Shown here: positions 46,101 through 54,710 of the stretch, piece by piece | How the letters are laid out: each line of letters begins with the position of its first letter | Numbering within the stretch: the first letter of the stretch is position 1 | From: a virus | Strand: one strand, 5' to 3' | IMG/VR virus record: IMGVR_UViG_3300028394_000038 | Length of the DNA: 64,000 bases | Made by a program: the position numbers and the translations under genes | The notes under the pieces: generated by a model | What the model was told of the DNA's origin: nothing | Databases searched by the model: none | The model's input: only the letters and a program-made list of their open reading frames with translations

Positions 46101-49100
46101 TTTGGAGTATTAGATACTGTAGACAACGGAAGCATTACTCCAGGAACATTGTATACTCCACTATCTGGATCAGTTACTTACTCTTACGTTGCACTAACTA
46201 ATATTTCAGGAAGTGGTACTGGTGGTATTGCAGATATTACTGTAACCAATGGTGCTGTTAGCAGTGTTGACTTACGTAGAGGCGGTACCGGTTATGCTGT
46301 AGGAGATGTTCTATCAGCGGCTAGCGGTACCATTGGCGGAACAGGTAGTGGCTTCAGAATCCCAGTAACTGGTATCGAACAGCGTGTATACCTTAGCTTG
46401 CTAGGTGGTGAAAGATTTACAGCTACACTAGCAAGTCCAAACTTTATTGCTGATAATAATGCTCCAGTAAAAGCAATAACTGCTACCGGTACATCTACAA
46501 AAACATTTAGTGCTAATTCAATTGGTGGTAATGTAAACTATGTTACCAGTCGAATCACTATTACCGGCCACACATATGCAGACGGCGATCCAGTAAAATA
46601 TGTCAGCAGTCCAAACACTGCTATTGATCCGTTGGTCAATGCCGAAGTCTATTATGTAAATGTTTATGATGCTAATACCATTGAGCTGTACGAAGACTAT
46701 GCGTTGATACAAAAAGTTGTATTTACAAGTTCAAGTACTGGTAATCATACTCTAACAATCTTTAATGCCAACGTAATTGATAACTCATTCTATTATGCGG
46801 CACATGGATTAACTACAGGTGACCCATTAAGACTAACAGGATCAAGTTTACCATTAGTCGGCGGCTCTGCTATTGTTACTGGTACATTCTATTTTGCCGG
46901 TTCAATAACTGCAAACTCATTTACTATCCATGCATCAAGAAGTGAAGCATTAGCAAGTATTAACGGTCTTGTAACTAATAAAATTGTGTTCACTACTACA
47001 GGTAGTGGTACACTGACATTTACCAAACAGAACGTACAGGTATTTGGAACTGTAAACACTAGTTCTACAAACAAAGACAACTGGAGCTCATTGAGTGCTA
47101 CCACTATTGATGCTTCAAGCATTACCGGTGGCGTTATCTCAACAAGTCGTTTAGCAGGTACTGGTAGTGCTAATGATACTACATTTCTACGTGGTGATAG
47201 TTCATGGCGCACAGCAGTTCAAAGTATTAGAGAAGTCAACACACCGTTGACATTTACTGGTTCTTATAATACCGTTGGTAGTAACAATTATTACTATGGC
47301 GATGTACAATTAGACATTGAAAAGGTTGACAGCAACAGTGGAGACGACAACTACACTAATCTAGGTGTTGCTAAATTCCGTAAGACACAATTTGCTGTTG
47401 GAACTAGTGTTGCGGCCGGCGAAGTTTATATTAAAGACGGCGTAGTTGATGCAGGTACCTTAGACAGTTTAGACAGCGCATACTTTTTAAATCCTGCTAA
47501 CCTAACTAGTAACGTGCCTGTTACACGTGGCGGAACTAATATTAGTTCGTATGCTGTGGGTGATTTATTGTATGCTAGTGCTACTAGTATTTTAAGTAAG
47601 GTAGCGATTGGGCCAGCTAATACCATATTAACCAGTGACGGCACTAAGCCTGCTTGGAGATCTAGTCTAACAGTTGACGGTGCATTGACTGTTGGCAGTC
47701 CGGCAGAACAAGCTCTTATTGTTACAACAGGCGGAGCTAACATTGGCGGCAACTTGTGGGTTGGTAAAAATGGGTACATAACAGGCGATTTGAATGTTAC
47801 TGGTAATGTAAACATTAAAGGTTCAATACTAACTATTAATTCAACTACAGTTAACGTTGACGATAAGAATATTGAATTAGGCAGTGTATCTACACTATCA
47901 GATTTATCGGGTACTATTAGTGGAAACATAGTAGCAGGATTAATAGACACGTCCGGATTAACTAGCGGAATGAGATTAGTTAAAACTACTGGTGCCGGGG
48001 CATTTGGTGGTATTACTGTTATCAATACTATTGTTAACCCGACAACAATTACTGTAACCCCAACAACTGCAAACACAGATGGTACTATCACGTTTGATGT
48101 ATTAACCGCAACTAATGCCACAGCAGACGGTGGCGGCATTACACTAAAAGGTACAACTGACAAAACATTCAATTGGGTCAACTCAACTAGCGCATGGACC
48201 TCAAGTGAGCACATGAACCTTGCCGCTGGTAAAGAATATCGAATTGGTGGTATAACTGTACTAACAAGTGCAAGAGTATTAGGCAAGCTACCAGGCGGAA
48301 CTACTACTGGTGACTTGGTTGATATTGACAGCACACAAACATTAACTAATAAAACCCTAACTAATCCTATAATTAGTGGAACAACTACCAGCATTACTAA
48401 CATTGGCACATTAGCAATAAGAGATGCCAGTGCGGCTTTTGATGTAACACTTGCGGCCAACAGCTCAACTGCGCTAACAGCAGGTCGTACATTAACCCTT
48501 GACATGGTCAATGCGGCAAGAACTATTAAGCTAGGCGGCAATTTAACTCTAGCCAATAACTTTACAACTGTTGGCAATGCTATAACATTAACAGTAAGTG
48601 GTGCAACTAACGTTACAGTACCAACTACAGGTACATTGGCTACCTTAGACGGTACAGAAACATTTACTAACAAGACACTAACAAGTCCAGTGATTGGTAC
48701 TATTGTTAATACAGGTACATTGACACTGCCAACAACTACAGATACTATTGTTGGTCGTGCTACTACTGATACACTATCTAACAAGACCTTGACATTACCT
48801 AAGATTAATGACACAAGTTCAGACCATACATATAATTTTGCAGTCAGCGAGTTAACGGCTAATAGAACTATAACCTTGCCACTATTAACAGGTAATGATA
48901 CGTTTGCGTTTATTGGTCAAACTCAGACATTTACTAACAAAACATTTACTGATGCTAGTACTTACTTCCAAGACGAAGCTGATAATCTTAAAAAATTACA
49001 GTTTCAACTAAGCGGAATTACTAGCGGAGTTACTCGTACATTAACTATTAATGATGTTAGCGGAACTATTGTAACAACAGGCGACACTGGTTCTATTACC

Positions 49101-50798
49101 AGCACCATGATTGCCAATGACACTATTGTTAATGCTGATATTAACTCGGCGGCTGCTATTGCCTATAGCAAACTAAGTTTGGGTAATAGTATTGTTAATG
49201 CAGATGTAAGTAGCACAGCGGCAATTGCCTATAGCAAATTAAGTTTAGGTAATAGTATTGTCAATGCTGATGTAAGTACTAGTGCGGCGATTGCTTATAG
49301 CAAACTAAACTTATCAGCAAGTATTGTTAATGCTGACATTAGTGCAAGTGCGGCGATTGCAACAAGTAAAATTGCTGGCTTGGCTGCTTCAGCAACTACT
49401 GACACAACTAATGCAAGTAACATTACAAGTGGGTCATTACCAAACGCACGTTTAACTTACAGTAGTATTACTATTGGTACTACTCCAATTAGCTTAGGAT
49501 CGTCAAGTACAACACTAGCCGGATTGACTAGTGTAACATCAACAACTTTTGTCGGAGCATTAAGTGGTAATGCTACTACAGCAACCAACGGAGTCGTTAC
49601 TACAGGTAGTTATAGTGACCCAAGTTGGTTAACAATTAGTAAGAGTAAAGTTGGTTTAGGTAACGTTGATAATACTGCTGATGCAAACAAATCAGTTAAC
49701 TATGCTACTAGCGCAGGTAGTGCCTCAGCAAATGACGTATATCCTTGGGCCAAGTCTTCTACTAAGCCAAGCTATACTAAATCAGAAGTTGGGTTAGGAA
49801 ATGTTGACAATACCGCCGACGCTAATAAATCAGTGAGTAATGCAACTACGGCTGGTGGTTTAGCAGTTGCTACTGGTCGAAATAATAGTGCTAATCAAAT
49901 TGTTCGCACTGATGCTAATGGTTATTTACAAACAGGCTACATCAACTCTAGCAACGGTGACGAAGGCAACAACAGTAGCCCAAGTAGAGTCTGGGGTACA
50001 AATGGTAGTGATAGTTATTTACGAACATACTTAACTAGTGCGTTAAGTGTTAGTTATGCGGCAACAGCAGGTAGTGTAAGTGGTACTGTAGCTAATGCAA
50101 CTAACGCAACTAATGCAACTAACGCGACTAATGCAACCTATGCACGTTATGTTTATGATAACGGTGCCTACAGCGGCGGTGCCGCTTATAGAGAACCATC
50201 TGGTATGTACGTTGTTTATGCGGCATCGGCAGGCAGTGCACCGGCTAGTGACGTTTACTCTTGGGCTAAACAACCTAATCCGCCTGCGGCAGGTACTGCA
50301 ACTTATGTGGGAGCCAGCGGATATACTGCGGTGTCAGGAGTTGTTACTATAGCAGGCAGTGGCGATACTAGTGTTACACAAAGTGGTAATACAATTACTA
50401 TTAGCTCCAATACCACTGCGGTATATGCGGCTGACTTAGCTGAGAATTATCAAGCTGATGCGGTCTATGAGCCTGGAACTGTACTAATGTTTGGTGGAGA
50501 GTTTGAAGTAACTGTAGCCGATGAAGATACTATTCGAGTCGCTGGTATTGTTTCCACAGACCCAGCTTACCTAATGAACATTGGGTTAGAGGGCGATAAG
50601 GTAGTTGCTCTAGCATTGACTGGTCGAGTGCCATGTAAGGTTAAGGGCAAAATACGCAAGGGCGATATGCTAGTTTCAGCTGGTGGCGGATATGCCCGTG
50701 CTACTGATAACCCAAGATTAGGTGCAATTATTGGTAAAGCTCTAGAAAACTTTGACGGTGATGAGGGTGTTATCGAAGTAGTTGTAGGAAGAATTTAA
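40113..50798 (+). CDS. giant virion structural / tail fibre-like protein (3561 aa)
   Basis: GQIRFN..FEGY repeats, five CxRD helical repeats, TLTNKTL repeats, C-terminal ADLAENY...GRVPCKV...GKALE domain. Confidence 0.85.
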   Translation: MSVISADAFRRIVLVDNLGTTQPVLRADDRNDVLTIRAGTGISIQKDEGDVNAGFTIYNTGEPGPTSIDDILEIPTIGERPQPAGVSWKPMELGKLTVQDYLPDNLTKTTKMFYTGHGVQAPTNSSLSLTVAGTGTVIVDGTSALRLPVGDIASRPGTTIGTVQAGQIRFNSEIPRFEGYDGRGWNTLGGVSSIDGGTTIAPDPTLPILNFNANGYLVATMSSLNTKIFSPGLVIPTGTTAERPPAIVGQIRFNTQNTQFEGYNGSGWSSLGGVRDIDGNTYIVPELGPGTNENTLYFVTNANLALTLDGSRLSLQNGRSLMFREGIASGNQTATIAPPTNITSSYTLKLPTSLGSAGSVLGVDGSGQLEFVNADSSAGSKINVSELFGDDNNDGFSRPVRTLKRALQIASGYVYSPTFIYEEEVCRRDAGLIIDSLGWDLVTGSNWRSLKSGLTYFNATALPVITTQRPQTIQAVSFLKRKVLDLVTSEPTVTTTLTSLSNEIIDILTNGVGAANAVSMPALAGTPSGVENAKNLLLSNANFLVAETIAWINYQAANNIAPFDKSISYDETKCRRDTGLILDAVGFDLALGTNYNAVTTGLAYQRYSYTTLPSQKTVTLSAIQFAKTNTLALAGVSADGTATTRAGAAFNEIIDIITNGIVQTATAADALIFPTPTGASSNKTNAKDQLIANKDFLKAEVIAWLNLNYPSVGFDPALCSRDMGYIIDALCYDVLYGGDSASIQVAQTYFTGSGAQVLPLFQRAATVAAFNRLSEIAQQVIIKDEVVPTAGNTVSQDIINPAGTTTESNIVFTLISYITSSIASNTTAGLPSVTYPSVTWSDAGLQTAKSAIASARSTIINDTIININASNPFTYDSAKCARDTAFIVNSVAYDLIYGGNSQSRDAGLKYYSNVTGLTLIGSQNAQTAAAIERLRAVSIQVAQNISIVKTSGNAQNQVSGSAGSSGAAAIISARLSEIISVVSAGTSYAPTLVDPTVAIDPALGLIQTKLDNAKDRIADNVVAFTSKYKPNGKKIVVQVAAGNYVEDNPVIIPDNTSVLGASLRACDIRPLNANQDMFRLRNGAYFGEFTFRDAVDASGVPTFTFDYATSFDDATDIYTSRLGYTNMPISKPIITVSPYIQNVSILSFLGGNGAKVDGNLVETPNIPLIRETAEFPLSGPAPEQGKSFVANAFTTLSFGGTGWRIINDAYAQIVSCFQIFMLNGSYAQSGGYLSVTNSATNFGIYALRASGYSPNAFAFDKGYIASTGTSNSKQTLTTLGFGRAPTQDYVLRFRSPDYKVAYDLLLASKLAIQNATITWINLTYPSLTYNNATCFRDVGLIIDAVAYDTFTGGNSKSVEAATSYYKGSTSSQIVITGQLTETIAAINYARSLALTAVSNSGLGTYVGSKFDIITNGLADPAGVPVSVGYGNIGDITNNYKPAAVSVSFDAAVNINPALDTITINAHGFTNGQAIVYHANDNPEIPGLNNEQTYYVSYVDLDTIRLTFDEGGTVSVDIRATGVGTHFFFKNIQEFFVDEILESHNTYQELTLQAGSYNFVPGSEITGVTGTSSNNAFVYSYDPVSYKLVVSLNKVTVGASIIRNAFAANSTINSDNGAPATTNIVVSDVLAINTLYSARFSVQGTTGNGLLTNLGNLPNKQIWLHRPSIVNSSGHTWEYAGSGVDYNALPQNGGQSIFKYEQYSDLPGRVYSSGTNELGDFKVGDFIKAENKTGNVSFTNKVSVAQLDALRLAVGNIVIDFISDDVDLGDNEPGGASNSRLTTQLAIRTFLSNRLGGFIDKAVSTNAVPGAVIQLNSSGQINPDLLPAVRAFNSAKSKGFYSRLSLVEEVPAYDFLNGDIVTEEYATVQLTLSAAISAPVGSLVVQATTGASGYLIGDVLAETVITVASVGASFSAAFNTVDNLTVAGDATPSTGNGVVKPNLVGTVASNVPANFVLSNANEGQYLNLRADQSYSFTNGTIVTSANDNVQGTVTSTRFGVLDTVDNGSITPGTLYTPLSGSVTYSYVALTNISGSGTGGIADITVTNGAVSSVDLRRGGTGYAVGDVLSAASGTIGGTGSGFRIPVTGIEQRVYLSLLGGERFTATLASPNFIADNNAPVKAITATGTSTKTFSANSIGGNVNYVTSRITITGHTYADGDPVKYVSSPNTAIDPLVNAEVYYVNVYDANTIELYEDYALIQKVVFTSSSTGNHTLTIFNANVIDNSFYYAAHGLTTGDPLRLTGSSLPLVGGSAIVTGTFYFAGSITANSFTIHASRSEALASINGLVTNKIVFTTTGSGTLTFTKQNVQVFGTVNTSSTNKDNWSSLSATTIDASSITGGVISTSRLAGTGSANDTTFLRGDSSWRTAVQSIREVNTPLTFTGSYNTVGSNNYYYGDVQLDIEKVDSNSGDDNYTNLGVAKFRKTQFAVGTSVAAGEVYIKDGVVDAGTLDSLDSAYFLNPANLTSNVPVTRGGTNISSYAVGDLLYASATSILSKVAIGPANTILTSDGTKPAWRSSLTVDGALTVGSPAEQALIVTTGGANIGGNLWVGKNGYITGDLNVTGNVNIKGSILTINSTTVNVDDKNIELGSVSTLSDLSGTISGNIVAGLIDTSGLTSGMRLVKTTGAGAFGGITVINTIVNPTTITVTPTTANTDGTITFDVLTATNATADGGGITLKGTTDKTFNWVNSTSAWTSSEHMNLAAGKEYRIGGITVLTSARVLGKLPGGTTTGDLVDIDSTQTLTNKTLTNPIISGTTTSITNIGTLAIRDASAAFDVTLAANSSTALTAGRTLTLDMVNAARTIKLGGNLTLANNFTTVGNAITLTVSGATNVTVPTTGTLATLDGTETFTNKTLTSPVIGTIVNTGTLTLPTTTDTIVGRATTDTLSNKTLTLPKINDTSSDHTYNFAVSELTANRTITLPLLTGNDTFAFIGQTQTFTNKTFTDASTYFQDEADNLKKLQFQLSGITSGVTRTLTINDVSGTIVTTGDTGSITSTMIANDTIVNADINSAAAIAYSKLSLGNSIVNADVSSTAAIAYSKLSLGNSIVNADVSTSAAIAYSKLNLSASIVNADISASAAIATSKIAGLAASATTDTTNASNITSGSLPNARLTYSSITIGTTPISLGSSSTTLAGLTSVTSTTFVGALSGNATTATNGVVTTGSYSDPSWLTISKSKVGLGNVDNTADANKSVNYATSAGSASANDVYPWAKSSTKPSYTKSEVGLGNVDNTADANKSVSNATTAGGLAVATGRNNSANQIVRTDANGYLQTGYINSSNGDEGNNSSPSRVWGTNGSDSYLRTYLTSALSVSYAATAGSVSGTVANATNATNATNATNATYARYVYDNGAYSGGAAYREPSGMYVVYAASAGSAPASDVYSWAKQPNPPAAGTATYVGASGYTAVSGVVTIAGSGDTSVTQSGNTITISSNTTAVYAADLAENYQADAVYEPGTVLMFGGEFEVTVADEDTIRVAGIVSTDPAYLMNIGLEGDKVVALALTGRVPCKVKGKIRKGDMLVSAGGGYARATDNPRLGAIIGKALENFDGDEGVIEVVVGRI
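49120..49380 (+). repeat. four imperfect 66-nt coding repeats (IVNADxxxxAAIAYSKLxLxxS)
   Basis: visible in translation; boundaries approximate. Confidence 0.7.
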
Positions 50799-50826
50799 AC
50801 GATAAATATTCTAAAGAGAACTGATT

Positions 50827-52350
50827 ATGAGCCAATTGCTTTCCATTGTTGATGATAAAATTGTTATTGAAAAACTAAGTCTAAAATATCTAGACGGCAA
50901 CACCACGCACGTAGGAACATTAGATATTAAGGGTGGCTTAAAAGTTGTTCAAAGCGTATCATTTGACACTGATCTTAGAGTACGTGGTACTTTAAATGTT
51001 GATACTATTAATGTTAAAAATCTTAATAGAGGTGATGCTAGTCAACTTGATGCATTTACTTTTTCAGCAGACATAGAGTCAGGATTAGACGGGCGTGGCG
51101 TAGTTTGGGGAGTGGGTGATACTTCTTATCAATTAGTGTTTAAATCACAGCCTCGCAGAATCTATTCAAGCGAATCGTTTGATATTAGTAAAAATTCTAC
51201 ATATCAAATTGACGGCGTTAATGTACTACTAAAAGACAGTTTAGGCAGTTCAATCAAACACTCAAAACTAACTGAACTTGGTACACTTACAGGATTAGAA
51301 GTAGATGGCAATGCTAATTTGGGCAACACAGTAATTGTAAACAGTTACCTAAATCGTGTTGGTATTAATACTGAAATCCCAAATGCCGCATTTAGCGTTA
51401 TGGAAAACGGCATTGAGATCGTTGTTGGTACAGAAGACAACCGTGCTGTTATTGGAACTTGGGGCAATCAAGCATTAGATATTATTACTGATAATACTTC
51501 TAGGATTAGTATACAAGGTAATACAGTAACCTTTGGTAACGAGTCTAGTAAAAATGCACAAGTTAAAATTAATGGAACACTAACTGTTGATAGTATTGTT
51601 AGCGATCTACGAGTTGAAAGAATTGCTCCAATTGAATTCTTGGAAGATAACAACAGCGGAGTTTACGGCAAAGGTTTAATTTGGAAAGCTAAGGGAGTAA
51701 GTTCTAGACAATTCTTTTTAATGCCAAACCCAGATAGATTTTATAGTACAGAGTCTATTGATCTTGCTAGCGGAAACTATTTTAGTATTGGTAAGAATTT
51801 AGTTATTAGCGAAACAGCCGTCGGTGAAGGTGTTAAAAACAGTAGTCTAGAAACACTAGGTACTTTATCTGGGTTAACAGTAGGCGGCAATGTCAATCTA
51901 AGTGACGCATTAAAAGTTATTGACTCAGCGGCAATTGCCAACAGATTGTTTACAGTAGCTTCAGGTGATGTAACTCTTAAATTAACTGCTGATAGTATCA
52001 GTGCTAGCGATAGCATTAGAGTATTTGTAAAAGACACACAAGAACTATCAGTTACTGATACTGGTATTACCGTTGGTAATAAAAATAATACTGCTAGAAC
52101 TATTAACGCATATGGCAAACTAGCAGTAAACATTACTCATCCAGATCCAGATGCGGCATTTAGCGTGGACGGGCCGGTGGTTATGAATGGCAAAAAGTTT
52201 GTAACCGCAGACGCAATGCCCACATCGGGCGAATGGAACGTCGGTGACATTGCCTGGAACTCTACACCGCAAACATCTAGCTATATTGGTTGGGTTTGTG
52301 TTATCAGCGGCAATCCGGGCGTTTGGAAACCTTTTGGACAAATTGCCTAA
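50827..52350 (+). CDS. virion structural protein
   Basis: internal duplication (SxLxxLGTLxGLxVxGN); C-terminal GDIAWNSTP...GWVC...WKPFG. Confidence 0.75.
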   Translation: MSQLLSIVDDKIVIEKLSLKYLDGNTTHVGTLDIKGGLKVVQSVSFDTDLRVRGTLNVDTINVKNLNRGDASQLDAFTFSADIESGLDGRGVVWGVGDTSYQLVFKSQPRRIYSSESFDISKNSTYQIDGVNVLLKDSLGSSIKHSKLTELGTLTGLEVDGNANLGNTVIVNSYLNRVGINTEIPNAAFSVMENGIEIVVGTEDNRAVIGTWGNQALDIITDNTSRISIQGNTVTFGNESSKNAQVKINGTLTVDSIVSDLRVERIAPIEFLEDNNSGVYGKGLIWKAKGVSSRQFFLMPNPDRFYSTESIDLASGNYFSIGKNLVISETAVGEGVKNSSLETLGTLSGLTVGGNVNLSDALKVIDSAAIANRLFTVASGDVTLKLTADSISASDSIRVFVKDTQELSVTDTGITVGNKNNTARTINAYGKLAVNITHPDPDAAFSVDGPVVMNGKKFVTADAMPTSGEWNVGDIAWNSTPQTSSYIGWVCVISGNPGVWKPFGQIA

Positions 52351-52359
52351 CCACAATCG

Positions 52360-52387
52360 TTGACTTTGTCTAATAAGAGTGTATAAT
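52360..52387 (+). promoter_or_regulatory. sigma70-type promoter
   Basis: TTGACT-N16-TATAAT. Confidence 0.6.
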
Positions 52388-52403
52388 TATTAGACACACA
52401 CAA

Positions 52404-52446
52404 AGAGGACTCTATGGCATCATCCCTCTATAAACACTCTGCAGTC
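52404..52446 (+). promoter_or_regulatory. preQ1-I-like riboswitch candidate
   Basis: AGAGG...CCCTCT-ATAAA in queD 5' UTR. Confidence 0.55.
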
Positions 52447-52480
52447 ATCAAACTTGCTACCTTAATAAAGGAGACTAGAG

Positions 52481-52996
52481 ATGGCAAAATTTTATTCAAC
52501 AAAAACTTACGGCAACGATAGGGGTCTATCATGCTGTTTCAGACAGTGGAGAGCGACCCATAGTCACTGCTCAACACTTCACGGATACTCAATCGGTATT
52601 AAACTAATATTTGAATGCGACACACTAGATGACAAAAACTGGTGTATGGACTTTGGCGGTCTTAAAGAATTCAAAGCATGGGCAGATCATATGTTTGATC
52701 ACACTTTGGTGATTGCTATTGATGATCCTATGATGCCTTTTTTCAAACAAATGGCCGCACAAGTCAACATGAGCTCTGAAGATCCTTCTAGCATTATTCC
52801 TCACAAACGTGGTGCTATTTGCGATATTAGAGTAGTAGATGGCGTAGGCTGTGAAATGTTTGCCAAAATGGCGTATGACAAAATGGCTGAACTTTTGGCT
52901 AGTGGCGATATGCGTTACCCAATTAACCCGACAGTAAGAGTTAAATCAGTTGAAGTATTTGAACACGGTGCTAACTCAGCTACATACGAAGGTTAA
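52481..52996 (+). CDS. queD: 6-carboxy-5,6,7,8-tetrahydropterin synthase
   Basis: HCSTLHGY, MDFG, FDH, CE, VFEH. Confidence 0.85.
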   Translation: MAKFYSTKTYGNDRGLSCCFRQWRATHSHCSTLHGYSIGIKLIFECDTLDDKNWCMDFGGLKEFKAWADHMFDHTLVIAIDDPMMPFFKQMAAQVNMSSEDPSSIIPHKRGAICDIRVVDGVGCEMFAKMAYDKMAELLASGDMRYPINPTVRVKSVEVFEHGANSATYEG

Positions 52997-53008
52997 TAAT
53001 CTTTGGAC

Positions 53009-53037
53009 TTGACCTAAATAGGCGTACATGCTATAAT
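53009..53037 (+). promoter_or_regulatory. sigma70-type promoter
   Basis: TTGACC-N17-TATAAT. Confidence 0.7.
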
Positions 53038-53068
53038 GCTGTATGTCTATTTTTTTTGATTGGTAACT

Positions 53069-54097
53069 ATGATTAAGCGTATTGGATTTGCTTGTAAGTG
53101 GATTGATGGTCCTAGCCAAATTAATGGCATTAAACAAACGGATACAGCTAAACAATACAACACAGGTACCACAACAGTAGCATGGCTTAAACGCCAAACA
53201 CGTGACGTAGCAGAACAAAAACTATGGGACTTAATGGTAAGTAACATACAAGCTACACAAAAACTCGTAGATCGAGTAGGAGAGTTAAATGAAAATCTTA
53301 GGATGGTTCGTCTTAGTAGTGATATTCTTCCTGTATACACTCAACCCGACTTTAGCTACTTCTGGCGAAGAGCCGATGTTATTGACTATCTCGAGCGCAA
53401 TTTTATCCTTGTTGGCAATAGTGCTCGCGCAAGCAATACCCGTCTTTCTATGCATCCTGGTCAGTTTACTGTTCTTGCTAGCGTTGATCCGGGCATTGTT
53501 CAACGATCGATAGAGGAATTTGAATATCATGCTGATATGGCAAAATGGATGGGTTTTGGCCGCTCCTTTCAGGACTTTAAGATCAACGTCCACATATCGG
53601 GTAGAGCCGGTCCCGAAGGTATTAGAAATGCCTACAAAAGACTTACCCCCGAAGCCCGGAATTGTATTACAATTGAAAACGAAGAAAACTCATGGGGGTT
53701 AGATGATTGCACTAGTCTTGGAGACATATTGCCTATTGTGCTTGATATACATCATCACTGGATTCGCGAAGGCGAGTATTTACTCCCCACCGATGATCGT
53801 GTTAGCAAGGTGCTTGATAGTTGGCGTGGCCTCCGCCCTACTATGCATTATAGCCTTAGTCGTGAAGATGTTATTATGGGGCATTCAACTACCAGTAGGC
53901 CAGACATGGCAACACTACTACTAGAAGGCTACAAAAAGCAAAAACTCAGAGCGCACTCTAACTTTTACTGGAATATTCCGGCAAATGAATGGGCTTTGAG
54001 CTTCTGGGATCGCTTTGATATCATGTGTGAATCTAAAGCGAAAAACCTAGCAAGTGCTAGGCTATTCGAACAAGCTGAAGAACTAGGTCTTATTTAG
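53069..54097 (+). CDS. uvsE: UV damage endonuclease
   Basis: RIGFAC, RLSS, MHPGQF, IENEE, LDIHHH, RAHS, MCESK. Confidence 0.9.
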   Translation: MIKRIGFACKWIDGPSQINGIKQTDTAKQYNTGTTTVAWLKRQTRDVAEQKLWDLMVSNIQATQKLVDRVGELNENLRMVRLSSDILPVYTQPDFSYFWRRADVIDYLERNFILVGNSARASNTRLSMHPGQFTVLASVDPGIVQRSIEEFEYHADMAKWMGFGRSFQDFKINVHISGRAGPEGIRNAYKRLTPEARNCITIENEENSWGLDDCTSLGDILPIVLDIHHHWIREGEYLLPTDDRVSKVLDSWRGLRPTMHYSLSREDVIMGHSTTSRPDMATLLLEGYKKQKLRAHSNFYWNIPANEWALSFWDRFDIMCESKAKNLASARLFEQAEELGLI

Positions 54098-54326
54098 GTG
54101 CTTTTGGAGCACGTGGCTTTTTAGCAGCCGGTGCTTTCTTAGCAGCCGGCTTTTTCTTGGCTGGTGCTTCAGCCACTACCGGGATTGCTTCTGCTATAGG
54201 AGCTACTTCCACTGCTGGTGCTACTTCAACTACTGGTGCTACTTCAACTTTATACTCAGCTACTGGAGCTGGTGTCTCTACAACTGCTGGTTTGCCTGTA
54301 AAGAACTCTTTGATTGCTTTGAACAT
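54090..54326 (-). CDS. small Ala/Pro/Val/Lys-rich protein
   Basis: VEVAP and PAAKK repeats; AGGAGG RBS. Confidence 0.7.
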   Translation of the reverse strand: MFKAIKEFFTGKPAVVETPAPVAEYKVEVAPVVEVAPAVEVAPIAEAIPVVAEAPAKKKPAAKKAPAAKKPRAPKAPK

Positions 54327-54352
54327 TTGAATGTCCTCCTTTGTTAGTTTAT

Positions 54353-54640
54353 TTATAATCTGCTAATATCATTTAGACTGCTAACGGGCGTATCCCATAT
54401 GTGTTTACGCTCTACACCGCGTTTTTGGGCAAACCGTTTACTGTCACAATTTTTACACACGTGAAAATAGTTATTACTTAATCTAGCGGGATCCATTGAC
54501 CCTTTTGGCCTAGTAAAAATCTCCTTGCAGTTATCACAGCGCAATACTACTATAGATCGTTTACGTTCGTATTCGTGTTTATGCCCTAGCTTACTAGTTC
54601 GTTCGTGTGTGGTTTTTTCTATATCTATTTTGATGAACAT
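54353..54640 (-). CDS. small zinc-ribbon protein
   Basis: CDNC...CKNC. Confidence 0.65.
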   Translation of the reverse strand: MFIKIDIEKTTHERTSKLGHKHEYERKRSIVVLRCDNCKEIFTRPKGSMDPARLSNNYFHVCKNCDSKRFAQKRGVERKHIWDTPVSSLNDISRL

Positions 54641-54710
54641 ATAGTGTATTTACATTAAGGTTATAAAACGGAAAGATAAATATCATATACAAGACTTATT
54701 GGAGCATTCA

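Noticed and set aside
47426-48814. 462-aa minus-strand ORF (also 9105..9698, 18344..18961, 34576..35229)
   Set aside because: Antisense to well-supported genes; explained by codon bias of the sense strand.
49640-50140. Repeats near the tail fibre C terminus as a diversity-generating retroelement target
   Set aside because: Ordinary coding repeats (GLGNVDNTADANK twice, NAT five times); no reverse transcriptase or adenine-specific TR/VR pair seen.
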